Below are positions 1 through 8,702 of a DNA stretch of 64,000 nucleotides, piece after piece. The notes under the pieces are model-generated. The model was not told the DNA's origin. It saw only the letters and a list, made by a program, of their open reading frames with translations, and searched no databases. The DNA is taken from NCBI GenBank assembly GCA_016929905.1, contig JAFGHX010000010.1, positions 5,835 to 69,834 of the forward strand, given 5' to 3'. Each line of letters starts with the position of its first letter. Position 1 is the stretch's first letter. Position numbers and translations under genes: made by a program. Origin of the DNA: Kiritimatiellia bacterium. GTDB taxonomy: Bacteria > Verrucomicrobiota > Kiritimatiellia > JAFGHX01.

Positions 1-40
1 CGTACACGATGCGCCGCGTCCGGGCGCAGGCGCCCCATCG

Positions 41-2005
41 ATGCATTCTACGATTTCGACGGAATACAGCCAGTCGTCCCCGGACGCCGCCGCAGATAAA
101 TCCTATGCAGAGACCCGGCTGCCGCCGTTCAGTGTCCGGTTCGGCACTCAAGAGTTTGAGGCCAAGTTCTGGAACGGCGCGATTGGGGCCATCGCACCGG
201 TGTTTGCTTACGACACGGAAACGAAGATCACGGAGGATCCGGGGACCGTGCCCGAATTCGTCATCGCCAGCGTTTGTGATGGGTCACGTGTACATTTTGT
301 GCGCCGGGCGGATTCCTCCTTGTTCTGGCGCACGCACAAGGACTGCACCGTGTTTATGCATTCAGCAGCCTTTGACATTCCGGTCACGGAACAGGCGGCC
401 GATTTTACCTTCACGAATATGATCCGCCGAGATCTCATCGTCGACGTGGCAATCCTGTGGCGTTTGCTTGTGATCGCGACAGCGGGGACCGCGCCGCAGC
501 GGTTCAGTCTCGCAACCATCGCGGAAAGCCTGCTTGGCGTCACGCTATCCAAGGACGAGGATGTGCGCACGGGGTTCGGCCGGTACCTTGTCGAGGGGCG
601 GCCCCAATACCAGCTGATGTCGCGCACAGACCTCGAATACGCTGCGCGGGACGCCATAAGCACGTTCATGATCGGTGATCGACTGACCGCAGATGTTAGG
701 CGGTTGTGCGCCACGATTCCCGGCGCGTCGCGGCGGCTGAGCCATGATCTGCAGATCAGGACGTCTCTGGCTCTGCGCACCATGGAGCGGCGTGGCATCG
801 GGGTCGATCGGGTGAGATTGGAGTCCATTCAAACGATGCTGGAGCAGGAACAGAACGTGGCGACCGACGTACTCCGCCGGTACGGATATGTGCCTGGCAC
901 CCCCGGAGTCAACGGGGTCTACGAGCAGGTAATCGGCAGTATCGAACGGGAACGAGGTATCCGCATCCGGAGGACGAGCAAAAGCGGAAAGATAGGTCAG
1001 AAGGCTGAAGATCTACAGCCACTGGCAGACCACGAATTCGTTGCTGCCTTTATGCACATGAAGGACAGTCAAAAGGCGCAAACCACGTTTGTGGACAAGC
1101 TCAAGGCGGCCGGCGCACGCGTTCATCCACACTACGATCTGCTCACCGTTACCGGCCGAACAAGCTGTCGATCCCCAAATCTTCAGCAGCTTCCGCGTGA
1201 GGGTGGCATTCGGGAGTGCATAGCCCCCGCGGCCGGCCATGTCTTCATCGCGGCGGACTACTCGGCCGTCGAGCTTTGCACACTGGCGCAAGTGCTCTAC
1301 AACAAATACAAGACATCACACATGTGTGCCCTGATCAATCGTGGAGTGGACTTGCACCGATTCGTTGCCGCGACGGTCCTCAACAAGCCGCAGGATCAGG
1401 TTTCAAAGGACGAACGCCAGAAGGCCAAAGCTCTTGATTTCGGACTGCCGGCAGGCATGGGGACGCCCATGCTGACCCAATACGCCAAGCAGAACTATGG
1501 AGTCGCGCTGACACAGGCGGAAGCCGAACACTGGAAGGATACGTGGTTCCGCCTGTTTCCCGAAGTGAAACGATACTTGCGGGAAGACGGCCACACCGTT
1601 GTGATCCAGCCGTTTGGCCGTGTCAGGGCAAAATGCCGCTACACTACGTTCCACAATACTCCGTTTCAGGGCATGGCTGCAGATGGCGCCAAGCTCGCGC
1701 TGTGCGAGTTGACAGACGCCGGTTTTCCGGTGGCGATCTTCGTACACGATGAGTTCGTGGTTGAGGTACCGGAAGCCCCCGACCTCACACAACTTGCGAA
1801 AGACATCGAACGGATCATGATCAACGCCATGGCAGTCGTGTGCCCCGACGTCCAAATCAGCGTCGAGTACGCGGCAATGCGCCGGTGGAGCAAGTCAGCT
1901 GAGGCGACGTACGATAAAACCGGCCGCCTGATCCCTTGGGAAGACAGCATAACGCAACGACCAGAATACGGAAATACTACACACGATGAAGAAGAGGCGG
2001 AGTAG
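41..2005 (+). CDS. Family A (Pol I-like) DNA polymerase with 3'-5' proofreading exonuclease domain, mobile-element/phage type
   Basis: 654-aa ORF with ATG at 41. Exo motifs YDTETK, HSAAFD, YAARDA. Polymerase motif A DYSAVELCTLA, motif B/O-helix RQKAKALDFGLPAGMG, motif C VHDEFVVEV. No 5'-nuclease domain. Confidence 0.85.
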   Translation: MHSTISTEYSQSSPDAAADKSYAETRLPPFSVRFGTQEFEAKFWNGAIGAIAPVFAYDTETKITEDPGTVPEFVIASVCDGSRVHFVRRADSSLFWRTHKDCTVFMHSAAFDIPVTEQAADFTFTNMIRRDLIVDVAILWRLLVIATAGTAPQRFSLATIAESLLGVTLSKDEDVRTGFGRYLVEGRPQYQLMSRTDLEYAARDAISTFMIGDRLTADVRRLCATIPGASRRLSHDLQIRTSLALRTMERRGIGVDRVRLESIQTMLEQEQNVATDVLRRYGYVPGTPGVNGVYEQVIGSIERERGIRIRRTSKSGKIGQKAEDLQPLADHEFVAAFMHMKDSQKAQTTFVDKLKAAGARVHPHYDLLTVTGRTSCRSPNLQQLPREGGIRECIAPAAGHVFIAADYSAVELCTLAQVLYNKYKTSHMCALINRGVDLHRFVAATVLNKPQDQVSKDERQKAKALDFGLPAGMGTPMLTQYAKQNYGVALTQAEAEHWKDTWFRLFPEVKRYLREDGHTVVIQPFGRVRAKCRYTTFHNTPFQGMAADGAKLALCELTDAGFPVAIFVHDEFVVEVPEAPDLTQLAKDIERIMINAMAVVCPDVQISVEYAAMRRWSKSAEATYDKTGRLIPWEDSITQRPEYGNTTHDEEEAE

Positions 2006-2373
2006 TGAATCGAGAAGGGCGAACAGAACACGATCCAGAAATACGTGTAGCCGTTTTGGGGAAATCGGGATTATCTCCTATTCTGGCGGGGTGGGGCGAG
2101 AAAGCAGAGGGGCTGGTTATCCTCAACACAGCCGAACTCACCAAGCTCCTACAGCCAGAAGACGATGGATGGATGAGCACCGAAGAAGCGGCCCTTTACC
2201 TGGCGTTGAGCCCTAAGGCCGTGCGCCGCGGTGCCGCGGCAGGCCACCTGCCCGGGCATAAGTACCCGCCGAACTCAAAACGCGGACGGTGGCGATTCAA
2301 ACGGCAGGAGCTGGACGAGCGGATGAGAAGACAGCCCCACACGAGGCGCCGCAAGGGTGCAACGACATGGTAG
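2005..2373 (+). CDS. Excisionase/MerR-type helix-turn-helix DNA-binding protein (Xis-like)
   Basis: GTG at 2005 overlaps the polymerase stop. The C-terminal half MSTEEAALYLALSPKAVRRGAAAGHLPGHKYP..RWRFKRQELDERM has the excisionase-family HTH pattern. An internal ATG at 2173 would give a 66-aa Xis-sized product. The stop overlaps the integrase ATG region. Confidence 0.55.
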   Translation: MNREGRTEHDPEIRVAVLGKSGLSPILAGWGEKAEGLVILNTAELTKLLQPEDDGWMSTEEAALYLALSPKAVRRGAAAGHLPGHKYPPNSKRGRWRFKRQELDERMRRQPHTRRRKGATTW

Positions 2374-3530
2374 ACTCCACCAGCAACGACACCGCGAAGG
2401 CCAAGGCGCGCAGGAAGTACAGCGTCACGTATCGCCACGGCCGCATCAGGCTCTGCAAGCGCCGGGCTACGGGCATCTGGTATGCAAAGTTCAAGCTGCC
2501 CACCGGCGAGTACCGCGAACGGTCGCTCGGCACAACATCGAAAAAGGACGCGCTGAGGGATGCCGAGCACCTATCTGCGACGTTGTTGAACGGCAAGTAT
2601 GGGGTCGCGGACGGTTCCATCGCGCTGAAGGCCCTTATCGGACGGTTCCTGGCCGCGAAACGGGGCCGGGTGAAAGTAAAGACGCTCGAGCGCCTCCAGA
2701 CAACAATAAATGCCTTTACGAAGTGGTTGGGTGCGCGCCGGCCCGCCGTTGCGGTTGCGCGCCAGGTGACCCCGGATACAATCCGAGCGTTTCAGGCATA
2801 CCGGAGTGGCCGGGGCGTCCACCCGCGTAGCGTCAACAATGATATTCAGAACCTACACACGCTCTTCTTGTGGGCCGTACGGGAAAAGCTGATATCCCGA
2901 AGTCCGGCAGACTATTCCCGGAACGGCAGCGTCGATCGCTATAAGGTCCCCAGAACCGAACCGGACGTTTACACGGATGGTGAGGTAAAGAAACTCATAG
3001 AGGAGGCCGAGCGTCGGGGCGATATGCTTGCGCGGGATCTTGTGGCGACCTTTGCCGCGACGGGGTTGCGGTTCGAGGAGGCGGCCCACCTGACGCCGGC
3101 CAACCTGTTCTGGCTGAATCCCTTTCCCATCATCGAGGTGCGCGCGCAGAACGGCTGGACCCCGAAGGACCCTCTAGAAGTGAAACGCATCCCCATGTTG
3201 CCGGAGATCCAGGACTTAATGCGGCGCCGGGATGCCGCCTGCACCAAACGTGACGAATACATCTTCAAGAACAGCACAGGCGGCAAGGTCCACGTGAACC
3301 GCTCCCGGGAAAGACTCCGGCGTCTATTCCCGGGAGCGGGGATTAATGGCGATCGGACCCTGCATTGGCACTCATTCCGGAACTACTTCATCATCCGCGC
3401 ATTGAAGAAGGGCGTCGCCGTGCCCGCGATTATGGCCTGGACCGGCCACGATTCGGCGGGCATGGTCTTGCACTACGCTCGGGCGATTTCGGAGCAGGAC
3501 CTGCATGATGAATTCAGGAAGATGCTCTAA
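2367..3530 (+). CDS. Tyrosine recombinase / phage-type integrase
   Basis: C-terminal catalytic region LHWHSFRNYFIIRALKKGV...TGHDSAGMVLHYAR (His-x-x-Arg and terminal Tyr context); N-terminal SAM-like core-binding region. The track ORF opens at 2289; ATG 2367 (MVDSTSND) is preferred because it overlaps the upstream stop. Confidence 0.9.
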   Translation: MVDSTSNDTAKAKARRKYSVTYRHGRIRLCKRRATGIWYAKFKLPTGEYRERSLGTTSKKDALRDAEHLSATLLNGKYGVADGSIALKALIGRFLAAKRGRVKVKTLERLQTTINAFTKWLGARRPAVAVARQVTPDTIRAFQAYRSGRGVHPRSVNNDIQNLHTLFLWAVREKLISRSPADYSRNGSVDRYKVPRTEPDVYTDGEVKKLIEEAERRGDMLARDLVATFAATGLRFEEAAHLTPANLFWLNPFPIIEVRAQNGWTPKDPLEVKRIPMLPEIQDLMRRRDAACTKRDEYIFKNSTGGKVHVNRSRERLRRLFPGAGINGDRTLHWHSFRNYFIIRALKKGVAVPAIMAWTGHDSAGMVLHYARAISEQDLHDEFRKML

Positions 3531-3607
3531 AAATGGGAAAAATATGGGAAACGCCAAAACCCGGTTTCACAAAGTGCCTGATTCCAGGGGCTTTTCGAGG
3601 GGTACAC

Positions 3608-3681
3608 TGGAGCGGGTGACGGGAATCGAACCCGTGTAGCCAGCTTGGAAGGCTGGAGCTTTACCCCTAAGCTACACCCGC
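3608..3681 (-). tRNA. tRNA-Gly (anticodon UCC) with encoded CCA
   Basis: Reverse complement reads GCGGGTGTAGCTTAGGGGTAAAGCTCCAGCCTTCCAAGCTGGCTACACGGGTTCGATTCCCGTCACCCGCTCCA. It has a 7-bp acceptor stem, a GGTTCGATTCC T-loop, and anticodon stem CCAGC/GCTGG with loop CTTCCAA (TCC). Confidence 0.9.
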
Positions 3682-3819
3682 CCGGGTGCTGTGTGTCGTG
3701 TATCTTAGCGCGTGCGGGGCGCGGGAGTCAAGATGCGCTGTCACCAGGCCTGAAAGCGGGCCCCACGCCAACTCCACCCCTTTGCGTTCTTTGCGCCCTT
3801 TCGCGGCCACGCCCCGCCC

Positions 3820-4857
3820 TCACAGCGTCAGGTTCGGCTCCGCATCCAGTTCGAACGCCGCGGCGCCGCGCACGCCCTCACCGGCGCCGGCCAGGCCGGC
3901 GACCATGGCGGCGTTATCGGCGCAGAACCGGGGCTCGGCCAGCCGCAGGTCGCGGCCGTGCCGCGCGGCGAGCGCGGCGGCCTTCTCGCGCAGACGCGCA
4001 TTGAGCGACACGCCGCCCACGACCGCAAGCACCGAACAGTCGATCCGCTGCAGGGCCCGGCCCGTACTCTTCAGCAGGCTGTCTACGATCGCCTCCTGAT
4101 AGCTCGCCGCGACGTCGCGCACGCGTCCGAGGTCCGCCAGCGTCTCGGGATTGTCGCGAAGGTAGTAGAGCAGAGCCGTCTTCACCCCGCTGAAACTGAA
4201 TGCACACGCGGCCGCGTCGCTTTTCTTGCGGCCGCGCCCCTGGAAACTGCGCGGGAACTTCACGAGGTCCCGACGCCCCTCCCGGCTCGCCTTGTCGATG
4301 GCCGGCCCGCCGGGATAGCCGAGCCGCAGGAGATTGGCGCCCTTGTCAAACGCTTCGCCCGCCGCGTCGTCGAGCGTCTGGCCCAATACACGGTTCCGGG
4401 CCGGCCCCTGCACGTGCACCAGGCAGCTATGCCCCCCGGAAACAAGCAGCGCAAGGAACGCGCCGGTGTCGTCGGCCGACGGCACGTCCGCCCCGAGAAA
4501 GATGGAATACAGGTGCGCCTCCAGATGATTGATCCCGATCAGCGGCTTGCCCAACCGCATGGCGAGCGCCTTGCCCAGCGAAAGCCCGACCAGCAGCGAA
4601 CTGGCCAAACCGGGCCCGTACGTCACCGCCACCCCGTCGATCGCATCCCAACCCACGCCCGCCTCGGCCAGAGCCTGCTCCACGACGCCGGGCAGCTTCT
4701 GCACGTGGTTACGCGACGCAATCTCCGGCACCACCCCGCCATACGGCGCATGCAACCGGATCTGGCTGAATACCACGCTGGACAAAACGGCCCGGCCGTC
4801 CCGCACCACCGCCGCCGCCGTCTCGTCACAGGATGTCTCGATGCCGAGGATATTCAT
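3820..4857 (-). CDS. tsaD: tRNA N6-adenosine threonylcarbamoyltransferase TsaD (Kae1/Gcp family)
   Basis: 345 aa. N-terminus MNILGIETSCDETAAAVV; internal GINHLEAHL and VSGGHS motifs typical of TsaD. Confidence 0.95.
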   Translation of the reverse strand: MNILGIETSCDETAAAVVRDGRAVLSSVVFSQIRLHAPYGGVVPEIASRNHVQKLPGVVEQALAEAGVGWDAIDGVAVTYGPGLASSLLVGLSLGKALAMRLGKPLIGINHLEAHLYSIFLGADVPSADDTGAFLALLVSGGHSCLVHVQGPARNRVLGQTLDDAAGEAFDKGANLLRLGYPGGPAIDKASREGRRDLVKFPRSFQGRGRKKSDAAACAFSFSGVKTALLYYLRDNPETLADLGRVRDVAASYQEAIVDSLLKSTGRALQRIDCSVLAVVGGVSLNARLREKAAALAARHGRDLRLAEPRFCADNAAMVAGLAGAGEGVRGAAAFELDAEPNLTL

Positions 4858-4865
4858 GGGGGAGG

Positions 4866-4955
4866 GAACTGGAAACTAGAAACTGGAAATTCGAAACTCG
4901 TGCACACCGGCCCTATCTCTCATTCTTCATTCTTCATTTTTCATTTTTCATTCGC
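4866..4955. repeat. Two heptamer word arrays in the tsaD/protease spacer: (GAAACTN)x4 at 4866-4900 and (CATTCTT/CATTTTT)x4-5 at 4921-4955
   Basis: Read directly: gaactg gaaacta gaaactg gaaattc gaaactc ... cattctt cattctt cattttt cattttt cattcgc. Confidence 0.85.
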
Positions 4956-4960
4956 CCCCC

Positions 4961-6247
4961 CTACCCCTCACTCCTGCCCCCGCCGCGCTCGGTCCGCAGG
5001 ATCCGGACGCCCTTAAGCACGTCGATCGCGCGGCGAAGCTGAAGATCGAGTTCGAGCAGCTCCTTCTTGACCTCTTCGGTCTGCGGCTCCCCGCGTTTCT
5101 GCAGAATTTGCCGCCATTGCTGCGGCGTCATGGGCACGACGACGTCCGGTTCGATGCCGCGGTCGTGAATGACGCGGTCCGACGGGGTGTAGTACTTCGC
5201 CGTGGTCAGCCGCAACGCCGCGCCGTTGTCGAGCGGCAGCACCGTTTGCACCGAGCCTTTCCCGAACGTGCGCTCCCCGAGCAGAATGGCGCGCTTGTGA
5301 TCCTGCAACGCACCCGCCACGATCTCCGAGGCACTCGCACTGCCGTGGTTCACCAGAATGACCATCTCGAAGCCTTCGTAATGCTTGCGGCCACGCGAGC
5401 GATAGTCAACCGACTGCGACCGCCGGCGCCCGCGCGTGGAGACCACCGGCTTGCCCCGCTTGAGAAAAAGGGAACTGACCTCGATCGCCGAATCCAGCAG
5501 GCCGCCGGGATTGTTGCGCAGGTCGAGCACGAACGCGTCCATCCCGTCGTCCAGCAGCTTCTCCACTCCTTCCCGCAGCGCGTCGGCTGTCGGGTTGTTG
5601 AACTGCGTGATCCGCATGTAGCCGATCTTGTCCGTCACGAACTGGGCGTCCTTCACGCTCTGGATCTTGATGTCGTCCCGCACGATCTCTACCGTCTGCG
5701 CGTCCGCCCCCTCGCGCGCCACCTTGATCGTGACCTTCGTGCCCTTCTCGCCGCGCAGCTTGTCCACCGCCTCCTGCAGGGTGATGCCCGAAGTCGACTC
5801 GCCGTTGATCTCGATGATCTTGTCGCCCGCCAGCAGGCCGGCGCGGAAGCCGGGCGTGTCTTCCATCGGCGCAATGATCGTCAGGATCCCATCCTTCAGC
5901 CCAATCACGACTCCGATCCCGCCATATTGCCCCTCGGTCTCCTGCCGCATCTCGCTGAACAGCTTCGGTTCCATGAACTGGCTGTACGGGTCGAGCGCCT
6001 GAACCATCCCGTGCAAGGCGCCGTTGACCAGCGTCTCGTAGTCGATCTTGTCCTTGTCCACGTAGCTCTGGCGAACCAATTCCATCACTTCGGTCAACAG
6101 CGATATCTGCTCGTAGGCCTTGTCGCTGCCGTCGTTCTCTTCCTCGTCGGCGGCGATCTGCGCCATGACCGGCACGTTCCAGCCCAGCCATACCGCCAGC
6201 AGCACGCGGAGCGCCGCGATCCTGCAAAGTCGATTTCGAGATCCCAT
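4961..6247 (-). CDS. Carboxy-terminal processing protease (peptidase S41, PDZ-containing)
   Basis: Tail-specific protease pattern: PDZ segment GGIGVVIGLKDGILTIIAPMEDTPGFRAGLLAGDKIIEING, catalytic region LDLRNNPGGLL and GSASASEI..ERTFGKGSVQ. ATG 6247 gives signal-like MGSRNRLCRIAALRVLLAVWLGWNVPVMAQ. The track ORF extends to 6328. Confidence 0.9.
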   Translation of the reverse strand: MGSRNRLCRIAALRVLLAVWLGWNVPVMAQIAADEEENDGSDKAYEQISLLTEVMELVRQSYVDKDKIDYETLVNGALHGMVQALDPYSQFMEPKLFSEMRQETEGQYGGIGVVIGLKDGILTIIAPMEDTPGFRAGLLAGDKIIEINGESTSGITLQEAVDKLRGEKGTKVTIKVAREGADAQTVEIVRDDIKIQSVKDAQFVTDKIGYMRITQFNNPTADALREGVEKLLDDGMDAFVLDLRNNPGGLLDSAIEVSSLFLKRGKPVVSTRGRRRSQSVDYRSRGRKHYEGFEMVILVNHGSASASEIVAGALQDHKRAILLGERTFGKGSVQTVLPLDNGAALRLTTAKYYTPSDRVIHDRGIEPDVVVPMTPQQWRQILQKRGEPQTEEVKKELLELDLQLRRAIDVLKGVRILRTERGGGRSEG

Positions 6248-6512
6248 GACCACCCCCCTGTAGTCCGCTCTGTGCGCCACGAATCCGGGCCAAGAGGCCA
6301 CGTTACTCGAAAGCAGCCGCAAATGCAACTGTCAACGCCGTGCGGCTCGGTCAACGGCCGCAAAAAGGCACAAGAGGCACAAGAAGGAAGTGGCCAGGCA
6401 GGCTCTCTCCCGCAGGCCTGGCGCAGGGAGATCCCGCCTGGCCCATGGGCGGCCGGATTTTCGCTTGCGCCATCGGGCCGGGACCGTGGATACTCCAGAT
6501 ACAGGGGCACCG

Positions 6513-8588
6513 ATGCCGAAAATCGCGACAAACACTGCGACAAAGATTACGACAAAGATTGTTGTAGAGACCTGCGTGCTCTTGACGGGCCTGCTCGGCT
6601 TGCACAACCCGGCGTCGGGAGAGCCGCTGGCAGAACGCCGTTCACCGGAGAGCGGCCCGCCGCCGGCCGAACCGGAGTCCGCCCCGCGCATTTCGGAGGA
6701 GATCTCGCATGTCGCGCCCGGCAACGCACGCGCGCAATACAAGCTGGCCTGTTCCCTGCACCAGAGCAAGAAGTACGACGAGGCCATCGAGGCGTACGGC
6801 AAGGCATTGGCTATTGCGCCCGACAGCATTCGCGTGCGCTACGAGCTGGCCAGGGCCCTCTTCGAGTCCGGCAAGGTTGAAGAAGCTATTCAACAGTTCA
6901 AGGCGGTCATCGCGCAGGACCCCGCCTACGCACTGGCACACGATGCCCTGGGCTCAACCCACTACACCCTGGGCCGGTACGCGGAGGCCGTCGGCTTCTA
7001 TCGCGAAGCGCTCGCGCTGTCGCTGACCAACGCCTCGACCCATTTCTATCTGGCACTCTCGCTGTACGCGACACGTCAGTTCGAGCCGGCCGTGCCGCAC
7101 TACAGCCGGGCCGCGGAACTGGCGCCCGACTCATACACCGCACCGGCCTACCACTACATCGGCGAAATCTTCTGGCAGCAACACGACTACGCGCAGGCGG
7201 AAGCCGCCTACCGGCGCGCCATCGCCGCGCGCCACGACGACTGGAAACTGCATTTCGGGCTGGGCCGTTCCCTGACGCAGCAGGCCAGGTTCGGCGCGGC
7301 CGGCGCCGCCTATCGCGACACGCTGGCGCTGGCCCCCACCAATGCCGCCGCCTACTACTGGCTCGGCCACTCACTGGCCGAGCTGGGCCAACACGCGGAC
7401 GCCGTCCGGGCGTATGACAGTTCGCTCGAACTGGCGCCCGGCGTCTTTCGAACGCACTACGCGCTGGGGTCCAGCCTCCTCGCCCTGCGCAGGCGGAACC
7501 AGGCCGCGCGCGCCTATGCGGCCGCCGTGGCACTGGATCCCGGCAACTTCGACGCCCAGTACATGCTGGGGCGACTCTCCGCACGGGTGGGTAAGACGCA
7601 ACAGGCGATTGCCGCGCTGCGCGTGGCAGTGGCGATCGACCCCGACCACGAGAATGCCGCGTTCCACCTCTGCAGTGCCCTGCTGCGCGCGGGGCTTGCC
7701 GATGAGGCGGCCGCGGCAGCCGAAGCGGCGCGCAGACGCCGGCCCGACAGCCTGAAGACGCTCGTATGCCTGCTCGCCGCTTACCTGCGCAACGGCCGGC
7801 TGGACCAAGCGTTCGACGTCTTTCCCGCCGCCAAGGCCGCGGTCGGCGGCCCGCTGCTCGGCGCCTACGCCTTCGGCGTCATCGTGCTGCTGCGCCGCAG
7901 CCGCAGGCGGGTACACCCCTATGCGCCCAGCTTGGCCTTTGCCCTCGCCTGGATCGCCTTCTTCTTTCTGGCCCGGGCTGCCGGCGTCCTGATCGGTGCG
8001 CTTCTGAAATTGCCCGGCGCGCTCACCTCGGGCAGCTACCTGACCGTGTCGGCACTCACCTCGACGATCCCGATCCTGATCGCCGCCGCCATAGGCCTCC
8101 GACGCCAGCGCTGGGGCAGGATCTTCGCCGCCGACGTCCGTCCGCCCGCACGCCGGTTCGCCACTCTCGCCGTCGCCGGAGTGGCCGTCATCTGGCTGTT
8201 CAACGGCCTCTATGCCCCGCTCTACCTGCACGTCGCCCGCCGTGCGCTGCCCGTCCAGCCGGGCCTGAACCAGATTCCGCATGCCTCCGATTCGGCGTTC
8301 TTCCTCACGTTCGTCACGACCGTCATCCTCGTGCCGGCCGCCGAGGAAATTCTGTTTCGCGGCTTGCTCTACTCCGCCGTGGCCAGGCGCCGATCGCCCG
8401 CGACCGCGCTCGTCGCTACCTCGCTCCTGTTCGCCCTGCTCCACCTCAGCGCGCCCCATTTCCTGCCCCTGCTCGTCATCGGGCTGGTCTGCGCGTGGCT
8501 GCGAGGCCGCACGGACCAGCTCGCGCTGCCCATCCTCGTCCATGTCGTCAACAACCTGATCGCCCTGCTCGTCACGACCCTGAAGTAG
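6513..8588 (+). CDS. TPR-repeat protein fused to a C-terminal CPBP (CAAX/Abi) intramembrane metalloprotease domain
   Basis: About 10 TPR-like repeats (A..Y..AL...P....A...LG motifs), then multiple TM helices carrying CPBP motifs EEILFRGLLY, FALLHL and HVVNN. Start is uncertain: the track ORF opens at 6390, ATG is at 6513, and the first codons lie in a short CGACAAAGATTA duplication. Confidence 0.75.
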   Translation: MPKIATNTATKITTKIVVETCVLLTGLLGLHNPASGEPLAERRSPESGPPPAEPESAPRISEEISHVAPGNARAQYKLACSLHQSKKYDEAIEAYGKALAIAPDSIRVRYELARALFESGKVEEAIQQFKAVIAQDPAYALAHDALGSTHYTLGRYAEAVGFYREALALSLTNASTHFYLALSLYATRQFEPAVPHYSRAAELAPDSYTAPAYHYIGEIFWQQHDYAQAEAAYRRAIAARHDDWKLHFGLGRSLTQQARFGAAGAAYRDTLALAPTNAAAYYWLGHSLAELGQHADAVRAYDSSLELAPGVFRTHYALGSSLLALRRRNQAARAYAAAVALDPGNFDAQYMLGRLSARVGKTQQAIAALRVAVAIDPDHENAAFHLCSALLRAGLADEAAAAAEAARRRRPDSLKTLVCLLAAYLRNGRLDQAFDVFPAAKAAVGGPLLGAYAFGVIVLLRRSRRRVHPYAPSLAFALAWIAFFFLARAAGVLIGALLKLPGALTSGSYLTVSALTSTIPILIAAAIGLRRQRWGRIFAADVRPPARRFATLAVAGVAVIWLFNGLYAPLYLHVARRALPVQPGLNQIPHASDSAFFLTFVTTVILVPAAEEILFRGLLYSAVARRRSPATALVATSLLFALLHLSAPHFLPLLVIGLVCAWLRGRTDQLALPILVHVVNNLIALLVTTLK

Positions 8589-8624
8589 AAGCGGCATCCC
8601 CCCGGCCGCAAGCCCGGCCACCCA

Positions 8625-8643
8625 GGCGGCACGATGTGCCGCC
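8625..8643. terminator. GC-rich hairpin between convergent genes (candidate bidirectional terminator)
   Basis: ggcggcac-gat-gtgccgcc is an 8-bp perfect stem with a 3-nt loop, nested in a wider inverted repeat GTAGAAGCGGC(8585-8595)/GCCGCTTCTAC(8697-8707). No clear U-tract. Confidence 0.4.
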
Positions 8644-8702
8644 GGCAGGAAGCGGCGGGCCGCCTCCGCGCGACCGCTTCGGCGCGCCGGGGGACGCCGC
8701 TT

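Larger units (their letters stand above)
1..3681. mobile_element. Right-hand end of an integrated element (prophage or integrative element) inserted at tRNA-Gly; left boundary lies outside the window
   Basis: Replication gene (family A polymerase), Xis-like HTH gene and tyrosine integrase are in one + strand block. The integrase stop (3530) lies 78 nt from the 3' end (CCA end, 3608) of a minus-strand tRNA-Gly, the classic integrase-next-to-tRNA-3'-end arrangement. No second copy of the tRNA 3' segment was found in the window. Confidence 0.7.

Noticed and set aside
9-422. 137-aa ORF at the left edge and other 60-200-aa ORFs overlapping the polymerase gene.
   Set aside because: They are embedded in the polymerase reading frame region, are Arg/Pro-rich, and have no independent support.
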